Below are positions 9,728-20,314 of a stretch of 64,000 nucleotides of DNA, in pieces. Made by a program: the position numbers and the translations under genes. Under the pieces are notes generated by a model. That model did no database searches. It had not been told where the DNA came from and saw only the letters and a program-made list of their open reading frames with translations. Source of the DNA: an uncultured Clostridia bacterium. GTDB taxonomy: Bacteria; Bacillota; Clostridia; TANB77; CAG-508. The DNA is taken from the NCBI GenBank assembly GCA_944386695.1, contig CALXCB010000002.1:12322-76321 (forward strand), in the 5' to 3' direction. Position 1 is the stretch's first letter, and each line of letters opens with the position of its first letter.

Positions 9728-11050
9728 TTATGCACTCTCTTGGTTAGTTTTTACTTTTTGTACTCTTATATTATCATCTTTCACTTCTTTATTTTCATTT
9801 ATAATAACTTCTGGGTCTTTTGCATCTTGCACAGTCTCCTTAGTTATTATACATTTTTCAATTTTAGGGTTTGAAGGAATCTCAAACATTATATTTGTCA
9901 TAATACCTTCTATAATAGAACGAAGCCCTCTAGCTCCTGTTTTTAATTCTATTGCCTTATCAACAATTGCCTCTATTGCTTCTTCTTTAAATTCTAACTC
10001 TACTCCATCTATTTCAAACAATTTTTTATATTGTTTTACTAAAGCATTTTTTGGCTCTACAAGGATCTTCTTTAAAGCCTCTTTATCTAATTCTTTTAAT
10101 GTTGCTACAATTGGAAGTCTTCCTATAAATTCTGGAATCAAACCAAATTTTAATAAATCTTGTGGTAATAATTGTTCAAATATTTTGTACCTTTCTATCT
10201 CTTTATTTGACTGAAGAGAAGTTCCAAAACCTATTGTTTTCTTTCCAGTTCTATCTCTTATTATATTTTCTAACCCTTCAAAAGCTCCACCACAAATAAA
10301 TAATATATTTGATGTATTTATCTGTATAAGTTCTTGATGTGGATGTTTCCTTCCTCCTTGAGGTGGAACTGAAGCAATTGTACCTTCTACTATTTTTAGT
10401 AATGCTTGTTGAACTCCTTCTCCACTAACATCTCTTGTTATTGATGGATTTTCTGATTTTCTTGTTATTTTATCTATTTCATCAATATATATTATTCCTT
10501 TTTCCGCTTTTTCTACATCTCCATCTGCTGCTTGGATTAATTTTAATAATATATTTTCTACATCTTCACCAACATAGCCAGCTTCTGTAAGAGTTGTTGC
10601 ATCTGCTATTGCAAATGGAACATTTAAAATTCTAGCTAGTGTACTTGCTAATAATGTTTTTCCACAACCTGTTGGTCCTAGTAACAAAATATTACTTTTT
10701 TGAATTTCTACTTCGTCTTGTGCTTCTTTTATTTTATCTTCATGATTTATTCTTTTATAATGATTATATACAGCTACCGATAATACTTTTTTTGCATTTT
10801 CCTGACCTATTACATAATCATCTAAAACTTGTTTTATTTCTCTTGGACTTGGTATTTTTTCTTCATCATTTAATGTATATGTTTCTTCATCATCAAAATA
10901 TCCTTCTTCTTCTAAAATTCCACTACAAAGACCAATACATTCATCACAAATATATACTCCTGGTCCTGCAATCATTTTTCTAACACTATTTTGAGGTTTT
11001 CCACAAAACGAACAATATACATTTTTTATTGTTTCATTATTTTTTGGCAT
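9728..11050 (-). CDS. clpX: ATP-dependent Clp protease ATP-binding subunit ClpX
   Basis: 440 aa. N-terminal C4 zinc finger CSFCGK...CDEC. Walker A GPTGCGKT. Typical position after clpP. Confidence 0.95.
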   Translation of the reverse strand: MPKNNETIKNVYCSFCGKPQNSVRKMIAGPGVYICDECIGLCSGILEEEGYFDDEETYTLNDEEKIPSPREIKQVLDDYVIGQENAKKVLSVAVYNHYKRINHEDKIKEAQDEVEIQKSNILLLGPTGCGKTLLASTLARILNVPFAIADATTLTEAGYVGEDVENILLKLIQAADGDVEKAEKGIIYIDEIDKITRKSENPSITRDVSGEGVQQALLKIVEGTIASVPPQGGRKHPHQELIQINTSNILFICGGAFEGLENIIRDRTGKKTIGFGTSLQSNKEIERYKIFEQLLPQDLLKFGLIPEFIGRLPIVATLKELDKEALKKILVEPKNALVKQYKKLFEIDGVELEFKEEAIEAIVDKAIELKTGARGLRSIIEGIMTNIMFEIPSNPKIEKCIITKETVQDAKDPEVIINENKEVKDDNIRVQKVKTNQESA

Positions 11051-11061
11051 AAGATTCTCCT

Positions 11062-11667
11062 TTATTTCCTTTTATATAAAATTTCATCTATTAAGCCGTA
11101 TTCTAAAGCTTCTTCTGCTGTCATATAATTATCTCTTTCTGTATCTTTCATTACTTGATCTATTGGTTTTCCTGTTCTATCTGCTAAAATTTTTGTTAAT
11201 CTTTCTCTTGTTTTTATCATTTGATCTGCATGAATTTTTATATCTGTTGTCTGTCCAGATATTCCTCCACCTGCAATTAAAGGTTGATGTATTAATATTT
11301 CTGCATTTGGCATTGCAAATCTTTTTCCTTTTTCTCCATTTGCTAAAAGCACCGCTCCAAAGCTTGCTGCTAATCCTAAGCAAAATGTTGAAACTGGGCA
11401 TTTTATATAATTCATCGTATCTACTATTGCTAATCCGTCTGTAACACTTCCTCCTGGTGAATTAATGTAAAAGTATATTTCTTTATCTGGATCTTCAGAT
11501 TCCAAAAATAGCATTTGAGCTATTACTAAACTTGCTGTTGTAGCATTTACATCTTCTCCTAGGAATATGATTCTATCTTTTAATAATCTTGAGAAAATGT
11601 CATATGATCTTTCCCCTTTGCTTGTTTGTTCAATTACATATGGTACTAAACTATTTTTTTCTAACAT
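11062..11667 (-). CDS. clpP: ATP-dependent Clp protease proteolytic subunit
   Basis: 201 aa. Ser-His-Asp protease with GLAASFG around the active Ser. tig-clpP-clpX order. Confidence 0.95.
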   Translation of the reverse strand: MLEKNSLVPYVIEQTSKGERSYDIFSRLLKDRIIFLGEDVNATTASLVIAQMLFLESEDPDKEIYFYINSPGGSVTDGLAIVDTMNYIKCPVSTFCLGLAASFGAVLLANGEKGKRFAMPNAEILIHQPLIAGGGISGQTTDIKIHADQMIKTRERLTKILADRTGKPIDQVMKDTERDNYMTAEEALEYGLIDEILYKRK

Positions 11668-11765
11668 AATATTCCTCCTTGTTTGTTTTGTTGATTATAT
11701 AACATAGTTTTTAACACAAATAGGGAATGCTAAAAACTTATTTTAACCTCCCCTATCCTTTTACT

Positions 11766-13124
11766 TTATTCTGCTTTTTTTGTTGTTTTATTTTCAGTTT
11801 TCTCTACTTTTTCTTCTTTTACTTCTTTTTTAGCTTTCGCTTTCTTTTCTTTACTGTTTGCTACAAGAAACTCTATTGCTTTTTCTTGTTCAATTCCTTC
11901 TTTTATGTAATTTTTAATATTTTCGTTTTCTTCTAGTTCTTTTGCTTCTTTACCATAATTTTTAGCCATTTCTTCTATTTTGGCCTTTATTTCTTCTTCA
12001 TTGGCCTCTATTTTTTCAGCTTTTATTACAGCTTCTATTCCTAATCTTGATTTGATAGCTTCGATTGCTTGAGGTTCATATGCTTTTTTAAATTCGTCTT
12101 CTGTTTTATTTATCATTTTTAAGTACTGTTCCATTTTTAATCCTTGATATGACATTCTTTGTTCCATATCTCTCATCATATTTTCTGTTTCCATTTCAAT
12201 CATACCTGATGGAATATCTACTTTCATTTCATCTACTAATACTCTTACTACAGCATCTTGTTTTTCATATTTTTCTCTGTCCTTGTTTTGTTTTTCTAAT
12301 CTTTCTTTAATGCTGTCTTTTAATTCTTTTAAAGTATCATATTCGCTAACATCTTTTGCAAATTCGTCATCTAATTCTGGAAGTTCTTTTTTCTTTATTT
12401 CATTTAATTTTACTTTAAATGTTGCTTCTTTTCCTGCTAAATCTTTTGAGAAATATTCTTCTGGGAATGTTACTTTAATTTCTTTTTCTTCACCAATTTT
12501 CATTCCTATAACTTGTTCTTCAAATCCAGGAATAAATGATCCGCTTCCTAAAACTAGATCATGCCCTTCTGCTTTTCCACCATCAAATGCTATGCCATTT
12601 ACGAATCCTTCAAAGTCTATTTTTGCTGTATCACCTTCTTGCGCTGGTCTATTATCTATTGTAATTAATCTTGCGTTTTTGTCTTGCATATCAGCTAATT
12701 CGTTTTCGATATCTTCATCTTTAACATTATACTCTATTTTTTCAATTTCTATACCTTTATATTTTCCTAATTCAACTTCAGGTTTTGTTTGAACTGTTGC
12801 TGTAAACACTAAATCTTGTCCTTTTTCCATTGTTATGATGTCTATTTCTGGTCTTGATACAGCTTCTATTTTGTTTACTTCTAATGCTTCTTCATATTCG
12901 CTTGGAACTAATTCATTAAATGCATCTTCATAGAAAATTTCTTTTCCATAATATCTTTCTACTATATTTTGTGGTGCTTTACCTTTTCTGAATCCAGGAA
13001 TATTAAAGTATTTTGCATTTTGAAAATATACTTTTTTTATAGCATTTTCAAATTTTTCTGCTTCTATTTTTATCTCTAATTTTACTTCATTTGCATTTTG
13101 TGTTTTTTCTACCTTACACTCCAT
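11766..13124 (-). CDS. tig: trigger factor
   Basis: 452 aa. N-terminal ribosome-binding signature GFRKGKAP. FKBP-type middle domain. Lys/Glu-rich C-terminal tail. Confidence 0.93.
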   Translation of the reverse strand: MECKVEKTQNANEVKLEIKIEAEKFENAIKKVYFQNAKYFNIPGFRKGKAPQNIVERYYGKEIFYEDAFNELVPSEYEEALEVNKIEAVSRPEIDIITMEKGQDLVFTATVQTKPEVELGKYKGIEIEKIEYNVKDEDIENELADMQDKNARLITIDNRPAQEGDTAKIDFEGFVNGIAFDGGKAEGHDLVLGSGSFIPGFEEQVIGMKIGEEKEIKVTFPEEYFSKDLAGKEATFKVKLNEIKKKELPELDDEFAKDVSEYDTLKELKDSIKERLEKQNKDREKYEKQDAVVRVLVDEMKVDIPSGMIEMETENMMRDMEQRMSYQGLKMEQYLKMINKTEDEFKKAYEPQAIEAIKSRLGIEAVIKAEKIEANEEEIKAKIEEMAKNYGKEAKELEENENIKNYIKEGIEQEKAIEFLVANSKEKKAKAKKEVKEEKVEKTENKTTKKAE

Positions 13125-13368
13125 TTAAAATCTTCCTTTCTATTGTCTTCTTTATTTCACGCAAATTTATATGCCTACCTATTATATCACAATTTTGGTA
13201 AAATGCAACAAAAATTTAATATTTTTTTTAAAATGTCTTGTATTTTACTTTATTTTGTGTTAAACTATAGTTCAGTGATTTTTTATAGTTTATTCGTGAT
13301 GCGCATAAATTACCAATTTATCGTGATCAATATATAGAAATTTGTTAGTTTTAAGGAGGTGCAAAAAG

Positions 13369-13566
13369 ATGGCAGTTTGTGCAATTTGTCAAAAAAAACC
13401 TATTTCAGGAAATAAAATAAGTATCGCACGTTCTCACGTAAGTAGAAGAACTTCTAGAACATGGAAACCAAACTTAAGAACTGTTAAGGCTGAAATTAAT
13501 GGTGAAGTTAAAAGAATTCATGTTTGTGCTAAATGTTTAAAAAATGGTAAAGTTAAAAGAGTATAG
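13369..13566 (+). CDS. rpmB: 50S ribosomal protein L28
   Basis: 65 aa from the ATG with RBS AAGGAGG (the ORF track starts 9 codons earlier). CxxC...SH..RRT.R.WKPNL motif plus C-terminal CAKC. Confidence 0.85.
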   Translation: MAVCAICQKKPISGNKISIARSHVSRRTSRTWKPNLRTVKAEINGEVKRIHVCAKCLKNGKVKRV

Positions 13567-13644
13567 AAAAAATACACCACTTAATTGGATATGTGGTGTA
13601 TTTTTTTATTAATCTATTTTCCCTACATAGTTTTCTTTTTTCTT

Positions 13645-14880
13645 TTATTTTTTTGTTGGAACCTTTATGACAACTTCTGTTCCCTTGTCAACTTGACTTT
13701 TAATATCAATACTTCCCCCATTTTTATCCAGTATTTCTTTAGCAATTGATAAACCTAAACCTGTCCCTCCATTTTCTCTGCTCCTTGCTTTGTCTACTCT
13801 ATAAAATCGTTCAAATATTCTATTTAAATCTTCTTCTGGTATTCCAATACCATTATCTATTATTTTTATATACGCATCATTATATACAAAACCAACATAT
13901 ATTTTTATTAGTCCACCATCTGGTGTATATTTTATGCTATTTGTAAAAATATTTAATACTACTCTTTCTATATCATCTCTATCTGCAAAAACAGGTGGTA
14001 CATCTGCTGTTACAAAATTTTCTACATGATGTCCTTTCTTTTTTATTTCTATAGCTAATTTATCTTGGCAACTTTTTACAAGTTCACCTAAATCAAAGCT
14101 TTCTTTTTTTATATTTTTCTTATTATTATCTAATCTTGATAACTCTAGCAAATCTGTTACTAATCTTGCCATTCTCCTTGCTTCTGATGCAATTACTCCT
14201 AAAAATTCTTTTTGGGTATTTTCATCATAATCACCTTCTAAAAGCGTATCTGCATATCCCATAATTGAAGTTATTGGTGTTTTCAATTCATGTGATACAT
14301 CTGCAACAAACTCTTTTCTCATTCTATCTAATCTTGCGTGTTCTATTGTATCTGGAATAAATGCTATTACTCCAGCTGGAATATCTTGTTTGTCTCTAAA
14401 TGGTGAAAATAGTACATTAATCTCTTCATCTTCTATTTTTAATTTTATGCTAGTTGATGTCCAATTGTCTAGATAAATAATTTTTTCCATATTAATATTT
14501 TTATCATATTTATGAAATATATCACCGAAAGAATTATCTTCTGGCGATATTTTTAAAAGTTTTTTAGCTGCCGGATTAATTAAAGCAATTGATCCATCTC
14601 TATTAAAAGCAATTATTCCTTCTGTTGTATGAAGAAGTATTTTTCTCATTTCAATTTCTTCTGTTGATTTTTCTTCATCCTGACTTTTTAAATATTTATT
14701 AATTGGATATACTATTACTTTTGTCATATAAATACTAAAAAATATTCCCTCTAGAAACAAAATTATACTTGCTATAATTAAAATTATGTTTTTCGATGCT
14801 ATCCCTAATCCTAATAACACTATTATTTCTATAAAAAATATTATTAGAATAATTTTTAATGATGTGTTTTTTCTTAACAT
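13645..14880 (-). CDS. sensor histidine kinase (two N-terminal TM segments, PAS-like segment, HisKA, HATPase_c); no cognate response regulator adjacent
   Basis: H-box ADVSHELKTPITSI. N/G boxes IDNGIGIP and GGTGLGLSIAK. The start abuts the murG stop. Confidence 0.85.
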   Translation of the reverse strand: MLRKNTSLKIILIIFFIEIIVLLGLGIASKNIILIIASIILFLEGIFFSIYMTKVIVYPINKYLKSQDEEKSTEEIEMRKILLHTTEGIIAFNRDGSIALINPAAKKLLKISPEDNSFGDIFHKYDKNINMEKIIYLDNWTSTSIKLKIEDEEINVLFSPFRDKQDIPAGVIAFIPDTIEHARLDRMRKEFVADVSHELKTPITSIMGYADTLLEGDYDENTQKEFLGVIASEARRMARLVTDLLELSRLDNNKKNIKKESFDLGELVKSCQDKLAIEIKKKGHHVENFVTADVPPVFADRDDIERVVLNIFTNSIKYTPDGGLIKIYVGFVYNDAYIKIIDNGIGIPEEDLNRIFERFYRVDKARSRENGGTGLGLSIAKEILDKNGGSIDIKSQVDKGTEVVIKVPTKK

Positions 14881-16005
14881 TTATTTACCCCTCATTACTA
14901 ATTTATCAATCTCTCTATAAATTTTTTCCTCTACGTTTTTATTTGAAACTTTATATGCATTTTCCCCCATTTTTAAACATTTTTCTTTATCTAATACAAT
15001 TTTTTCAATTTCAGAGTTTAATAAACTTCCTGTTAATTCATTATTTTTGATTATTTTAGCAGCTCCTACTTTTTCTAATACTTTTGCATTATACATTTGG
15101 TGATCATTACTTACATTTGGAAGTGGTATTAATATTGATGGTTTTGATAAATTTGCTATTTCTGTAATAGTCATTGCTCCACTTCTAGCAACTACTACAT
15201 CTGCAATATTTTCTATTTCTTCCATATTATATATGTATGGCAAAATTTTACAATTAGAAATATCATTTATATTAATATCTTTTTTTTGCAATTCTAATTT
15301 TATTATTTCAAATTGCTTAGGACCAGTTGCCCAAATAATCTGATAATTTTTATTTTTCTTTTGTTCTATAATTTCAATTAATGCTTCATTTATTTTTTGA
15401 GCTCCTTGACTTCCACCAAATATTAAGATTATTGGTTTTGCTTTATTTAAGCCTACCGAATTTATTATTTTTAGTTTTTCATTTATACTATAATTTCGTT
15501 TTTTTACTTTTACTGGGGTACCAGTAAAGACTACATTTTTACAATTAGGAATTCTTTCAATTGCATCTTTAAATGATACTAAAATTGTATCTGCTTTTTT
15601 AGATAACATTTTTATAGCCATTCCTGGAAAAGCATTACTTTCATGTAATAAAACTGGAATCTTATTTGCTTTTGCTGCAAGTACAGTTGCTCCACATATG
15701 TATCCTCCTGTTCCTATTACAATATCTGGTTTGAATTCTTTTACAATCTTTTTTGCTTCTCCTATTCCTTTTATTGTCTTACATATTTTTTTTAAATTAT
15801 CTATGCTTATTTCTTTACTTAAACCATAGGCATCTATAGTTTTTAATTCATACCCTGCTCTTGGTACTAAATCATTTTCTAAGCCTCTTGTTGTTCCTAT
15901 AAATATTATTTTTGAATTTTTTTCTTTTTCTTTTATTATATTTGCTATTGAAAGTGCTGGATTTATATGTCCTGCTGTTCCTGCAGCTGCAATAATTACC
16001 TTCAT
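14881..16005 (-). CDS. murG: undecaprenyldiphospho-muramoylpentapeptide beta-N-acetylglucosaminyltransferase
   Basis: 374 aa, GT28 family. N-terminal AAGTAGHINPAL motif. Sits in a dcw-type cluster. Confidence 0.9.
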   Translation of the reverse strand: MKVIIAAAGTAGHINPALSIANIIKEKEKNSKIIFIGTTRGLENDLVPRAGYELKTIDAYGLSKEISIDNLKKICKTIKGIGEAKKIVKEFKPDIVIGTGGYICGATVLAAKANKIPVLLHESNAFPGMAIKMLSKKADTILVSFKDAIERIPNCKNVVFTGTPVKVKKRNYSINEKLKIINSVGLNKAKPIILIFGGSQGAQKINEALIEIIEQKKNKNYQIIWATGPKQFEIIKLELQKKDININDISNCKILPYIYNMEEIENIADVVVARSGAMTITEIANLSKPSILIPLPNVSNDHQMYNAKVLEKVGAAKIIKNNELTGSLLNSEIEKIVLDKEKCLKMGENAYKVSNKNVEEKIYREIDKLVMRGK

Positions 16006-16046
16006 AATTTAATTTCATTCCTTTCCAAAGGTACAAATCTGGTTGG
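16006..16046 (-). promoter_or_regulatory. conserved 5' leader/RBS motif CCAACCAGATTTGTACCTTTGGAAAGGAATGAAATTAAATT immediately upstream of the murG ATG (copy 1 of 3)
   Basis: About 40 nt shared with the regions upstream of hpt (48881-48908) and the PLP-enzyme gene (52438-52478). Confidence 0.4.
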
Positions 16047-16077
16047 AAAAGATCAATCTTTTTTTCGATCTTTTACT

Positions 16078-17210
16078 TTAAGTTTTTACTCCTGCTCTCG
16101 AAATATTGAGCAATACTCCTATTTGACAGAGCATTATAAATAAGGCTGTACCACCATAACTAAAAAATGGCAATGGCATTCCTGTTGCTGGCATTGATGA
16201 TGTTACAACAGCAATATTTATTATTACTTGTATTGCTACAAGTGCTGTAATACCTGTTGCAACTAAACTACCAAACATGTCTGGTGCTTTTATTGCAATT
16301 AAGATTCCTCTCCAAATAAATATTGCAAATAATATAATAACAAAACAACAACCTATAAAGCCTAATTCTTCTGCTAAAACAGAAAATATAAAATCGTTTT
16401 GTGGTTCTGGTAAATATAAATATTTTTGCTTGCTTTGACCTAAACCTACTCCAAATAATCCTCCGTGATCCTATTGCATACAAACTTTGTATAACTTGCC
16501 ATCCTTCTCCTAACTCATCGCTCCATGGATTTAAAAATGTAGTTACCCTTGAAAGCCTATATGGTGCAATAACAACTAATCCTACTATTAAAGGGATTCC
16601 TGCAACTAAGCCGTGGTATTATTATTTGCCACAGTTTACAGCCTGCAATTATCATCATTATACCAACAATTCCTAACATTACCACAGAAGCACTCATATG
16701 TGGCTGCAATAGCAGTAATACAATTATTGGAATTATCCATAATAAATGTTTTAACCAACCTTTGATAAAATATTTTAGTTCTTCTCTATCTCTTGTTAAT
16801 ATACCTGCAAAAAATATAATCATACAAAATTTAACTAATTCTGATGGTTGAAAAGAAAATGTTTCTGTTAGGTATATCCATCTTTTTGCTCCATTTACTT
16901 CCCTTCCTATAACTAAAACTGCTGCCAGAAGTATAATCGCAACAATATATGCTATTTTATAAAATTTTTTATAAAATCTATAATCTATTTTAGATATGAT
17001 CCCCATTGCGAAAAGTCCTAATGCTGCAAAAATCGCTTGCCTTATAAAATATTTATAACTATTTCCACTTTCAGAAAGTGATGTTGGAGAGCTTGCAGAA
17101 AGTACCATAATCAAACCTAGAGTTAATAGTAATAATACAGTTATAAGTAAGGTATAATCTATTGGGTTATCTAAAAAACTTGAAAATTTCTTGCTTTTTT
17201 TCTTCACCAA
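16078..17210 (-). pseudogene. ftsW: FtsW/RodA (SEDS) cell-division protein, broken into three ORFs by two +1 frameshifts (~16611-16616 and ~16463-16467)
   Basis: The fragments 17210-16557, 16483-16268 and 16278-16078 together give a contiguous SEDS protein once a single C is removed before GGC (..IIP GLVAGIP..) and before GGA (..IGS GGLFG..). Confidence 0.8.
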
Positions 17211-17275
17211 AAACTCTCCTTTCTTTTTTCTATTAGGGGTATATTTTTGCTAGATGAACTGTCCCTAATGATAAA

Positions 17276-18257
17276 TTAAATCATTAAAATTCCTAATATA
17301 CACATTAAAAGTGTTATAACCGAAAATACTCTAACTACTTTATTTTCATTCCAGCCAGAAAGTTCAAAATGATGGTGTAATGGTGCCATTTTAAAAATTC
17401 TATTTCCAGTTTTTTTATAATAATATACTTGAATTATTACAGATAATGTTTCAAGTATTGGTATTAATGCAATTATTACCAATAGCAATGGCATTTTTAA
17501 ATATAATGCAAAGCAAGAAATTAAGCCTCCTAAAAACAATGATCCTGTATCTCCCATCATTACTTTTGCAGGATGTAGGTTAAATATTAAAAAGCCTAAT
17601 ATTGCTCCGGATAGTAATACTTCCTAGTATTGATATCTCAATACTATTATTTATCATAGCTATTACTGTTAAACATGTTATTATTATTGCACAAACACTT
17701 GATGAGAGTCCATCAACACCATCTGTTAAATTTATCGCATTGGTTGTAGCTAGTATTACTAAAATTGTAAATGGTATGTATAGAAATACTGGAAGTGATA
17801 TGCTTGTTTTTACAATAGGTATAAAAATTTCTGTTCCATGATCTGTAAAAAACATTATAAATACTGTATATAAAATTGATATTAGTAATAAACCAAACAT
17901 TTTATAACTTGGTTTTAATCCTTTTGTATTTTCTAATATCAATTTTTTAAAATCATCGACAAATCCTACTATTCCAAATCCAATAGTTAAACATAGTATA
18001 GGTATTAGTTTTTGTGCACTTTCTATTTCTCCTTGCATTTTGAAATATATGTAACTTCCTATTGTACAAATTACAATAGCTAACATGAATATTATTCCAC
18101 CCATTGTAGGTGTTCCTTGTTTTTTTAAATGTGATCTTGGTCCATCTTCTCTTTCTATTTGACCTATTTTTATTTTCTTCAGTATTGGTATTATAATTAT
18201 TGCTAAAACCACTGTTACTGTAAAACTTATTAAAAGTATTGTTGTTTGAAAATTCAT
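17276..18257 (-). pseudogene. mraY: phospho-N-acetylmuramoyl-pentapeptide transferase MraY, split by a +1 frameshift at ~17605-17608 (ATCCGGA where ATC GGA is expected)
   Basis: A 225-aa N-terminal fragment plus a 94-aa C-terminal fragment ([17 protein letters not shown] motifs). Removing one C restores ..[26 protein letters not shown].. Confidence 0.85.
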
Positions 18258-18264
18258 TTTTCTA

Positions 18265-19746
18265 TTAGCCTTTCTTAGTTATTTTGTTTATTAAATCTTT
18301 TACTATAATCCTCTCATCAAAAGGATATTTTACACCATTAATTTCTTGGTATGGTTCATGTCCTTTACCTGCTAGAACTATAATATCATTTTTATTTGCC
18401 ATCTGTATTGCTTTTTTTATTGCCTCTATTCTATCTACTATAACTTCATATTTTCCTTTTGTCTTTTTTATTCCTTCTTCAATTTCATCTACAATTTTTT
18501 TAGGGTCTTCTGTTCGAGGATTATCTGATGTTATTATTGTATAATCTGCAATTTTTCCAGAGATTTCTCCCATTACTGGACGTTTTCTTGCATCTCTATC
18601 TCCTCCACATCCAAAAACAGAAATAACTCTTCCTCTCGTATATGAACTTACAGCCTGAAGTATATTTTGCAAACTTTCTGGTGAATGTGCATAATCTATC
18701 ATTATTGGTATTTCTAATTTATTTTCTACCATTTCTGATCTACCTGGTACTTTTATTTTTTCTAGTGCTTCTTTTATACACTCACCATCTATTCCTAATT
18801 TTTTAGTTATACATATTGCTGCTAGGGCATTATATACCGTAAATCTACCAGGTATATCTACTTTTACTCTTTCATTCCTATCTGTTAGTTTTACTCTAAA
18901 GTCTACATATGAATTTGTTATTGTTATATCTTTTGCTAAGAAATTTCCGCTATTGTCAATCCCATATCCTGTAATATCACTTTCTGGGAACATAGCTGGT
19001 ATTTTATTTCCTTGTAAATCATCTATATTTACAAATCCTGTTTTACACATTTTAAATAACTTTAATTTTGATTCTAAATAATCTTGCATATCAGGATGTT
19101 CTTTTTCACTTATATGGTCTTCTGAAAAGTTTGTAAATGCTACCATATCAAACTTACAGCCATCTACTCTATGTAACTTCAAACTTTGAGATGAAACTTC
19201 CATTACAACATATTCTACTTTTTCTTTTACCATATCAGCAAATATTTTTTGAAGTTCTAAGCTTTCTGGTGTAGTTCTGTCAGAATCAGCTATTTTTTTA
19301 CCATTTATATAAATAGCTATTGTTCCTATCAATCCTACTCTTTTTCCTGCTTTTTCAAGTATCTCTTTTATCATAAATGTTGTTGTTGTCTTTCCCTTTG
19401 TTCCTGTTATTCCTATTAGTTTGAATTTATTTGAAGGATTCCCATAAAAATTGGCTGATGCCAAAGCTAAAAATTCTCTTGTATTTTTACTTACTATTAA
19501 TGTAACATTTTCTGGTATTTTTAGTTTTCTAATATCATGTGTTTCTTCTGCAACTACTACAATAGCTCCATTTTCTATTGCTTGGTTTATAAATTCATGT
19601 CCATCAATGTTAAACCCTTGTATTGCAACAAATAAAAATCCTTTTTTTACATTTTTTGAATTGCTTTCAATTCCTTCTATTTTTAAATCTAAATCCCCCT
19701 TGGCTTTTAGCCCTTCTATTCCACTTAAAATATTTTTTAAATTCAT
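18265..19746 (-). CDS. murE: UDP-N-acetylmuramoyl-L-alanyl-D-glutamate--2,6-diaminopimelate ligase
   Basis: 493 aa Mur ligase. GITGTKGKTTT P-loop. DNPR motif near the C-terminus, consistent with meso-DAP-adding MurE. Confidence 0.85.
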   Translation of the reverse strand: MNLKNILSGIEGLKAKGDLDLKIEGIESNSKNVKKGFLFVAIQGFNIDGHEFINQAIENGAIVVVAEETHDIRKLKIPENVTLIVSKNTREFLALASANFYGNPSNKFKLIGITGTKGKTTTTFMIKEILEKAGKRVGLIGTIAIYINGKKIADSDRTTPESLELQKIFADMVKEKVEYVVMEVSSQSLKLHRVDGCKFDMVAFTNFSEDHISEKEHPDMQDYLESKLKLFKMCKTGFVNIDDLQGNKIPAMFPESDITGYGIDNSGNFLAKDITITNSYVDFRVKLTDRNERVKVDIPGRFTVYNALAAICITKKLGIDGECIKEALEKIKVPGRSEMVENKLEIPIMIDYAHSPESLQNILQAVSSYTRGRVISVFGCGGDRDARKRPVMGEISGKIADYTIITSDNPRTEDPKKIVDEIEEGIKKTKGKYEVIVDRIEAIKKAIQMANKNDIIVLAGKGHEPYQEINGVKYPFDERIIVKDLINKITKKG

Positions 19747-19942
19747 TTTTTATCTTCCTTTCAAGGATATTTTTATAAAAAGAAATAATTATTTCTAATT
19801 TTACCAACTTATTATATATCAAAAAATTTTTTTTGTATAGCTTTTTTTTATTTTTTTTGATTTTTTTGTTGCAATTTTATTTTATCTCTTCTAATTTTTA
19901 TGTAAAAAAAATATATTTATTCTAAAAACTTTTTTAAATCTA

Positions 19943-19971
19943 TTGCACCTAAAAAAAAATTATGATATAAA
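19943..19971 (+). promoter_or_regulatory. sigma70-like promoter (-35 TTGCAC, 17-nt spacer, -10 TATAAA) for the small ORF
   Basis: Canonical hexamers and spacing about 20 nt upstream of a GGAGGG RBS. Confidence 0.4.
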
Positions 19972-19991
19972 AATCCTAAGGAGGGATATAT

Positions 19992-20168
19992 ATGAGCGAA
20001 GAAAAAAATCCTAAAAAAGAAATTGAAGTTGTAAATGGTGATGGAAAAGATTTAACTATTTCACCAGTATATGAACATATAAAATCAGATGATGACCAAA
20101 TTAATAAAAATAATAAAAAACAAAATATTGTAATTCCAAAAGGTAGGTCTGACAAAGACAAAGAATAA
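19992..20168 (+). CDS. small hydrophilic protein, 58 aa (MSEEKNPKKEIEVVNGDGKDLTISPVYEHIKSDDDQINKNNKKQNIVIPKGRSDKDKE); absent from the ORF track because it is under 60 aa
   Basis: Strong RBS AAGGAGGG 7 nt before the ATG. Own promoter. Followed by a 14-bp-stem hairpin terminator. Codon usage looks native. Confidence 0.4.
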   Translation: MSEEKNPKKEIEVVNGDGKDLTISPVYEHIKSDDDQINKNNKKQNIVIPKGRSDKDKE

Positions 20169-20188
20169 AAATTGTATCATGCTAAAAA

Positions 20189-20233
20189 TGACAAAAGTGA
20201 CAAAAAAGACCCCGTCACTTTTGTCACTTTTTC
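20189..20233. terminator. bidirectional rho-independent terminator (AAAAGTGACAAAAG / CTTTTGTCACTTTT stem)
   Basis: Perfect ~14-bp inverted repeat flanked by A and T runs. It lies between the convergent small ORF and the membrane-protein gene. Confidence 0.6.
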
Positions 20234-20314
20234 TCTTCTTTTTCATCATATTTCTCATAAAACCAATCTGTACTTTCTTTATATCTTTCTGGATTATCAG
20301 CTTTAGCTAAATCT

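Noticed and set aside
9293-17560. Treating radA, ftsW and mraY as genuine pseudogenes, i.e. reductive evolution
   Set aside because: The genes are essential and the frames are perfectly restored by single-base removal. The same insertion context recurs five times across the window, which points to sequencing or assembly artefact. Kept as a finding to be verified.
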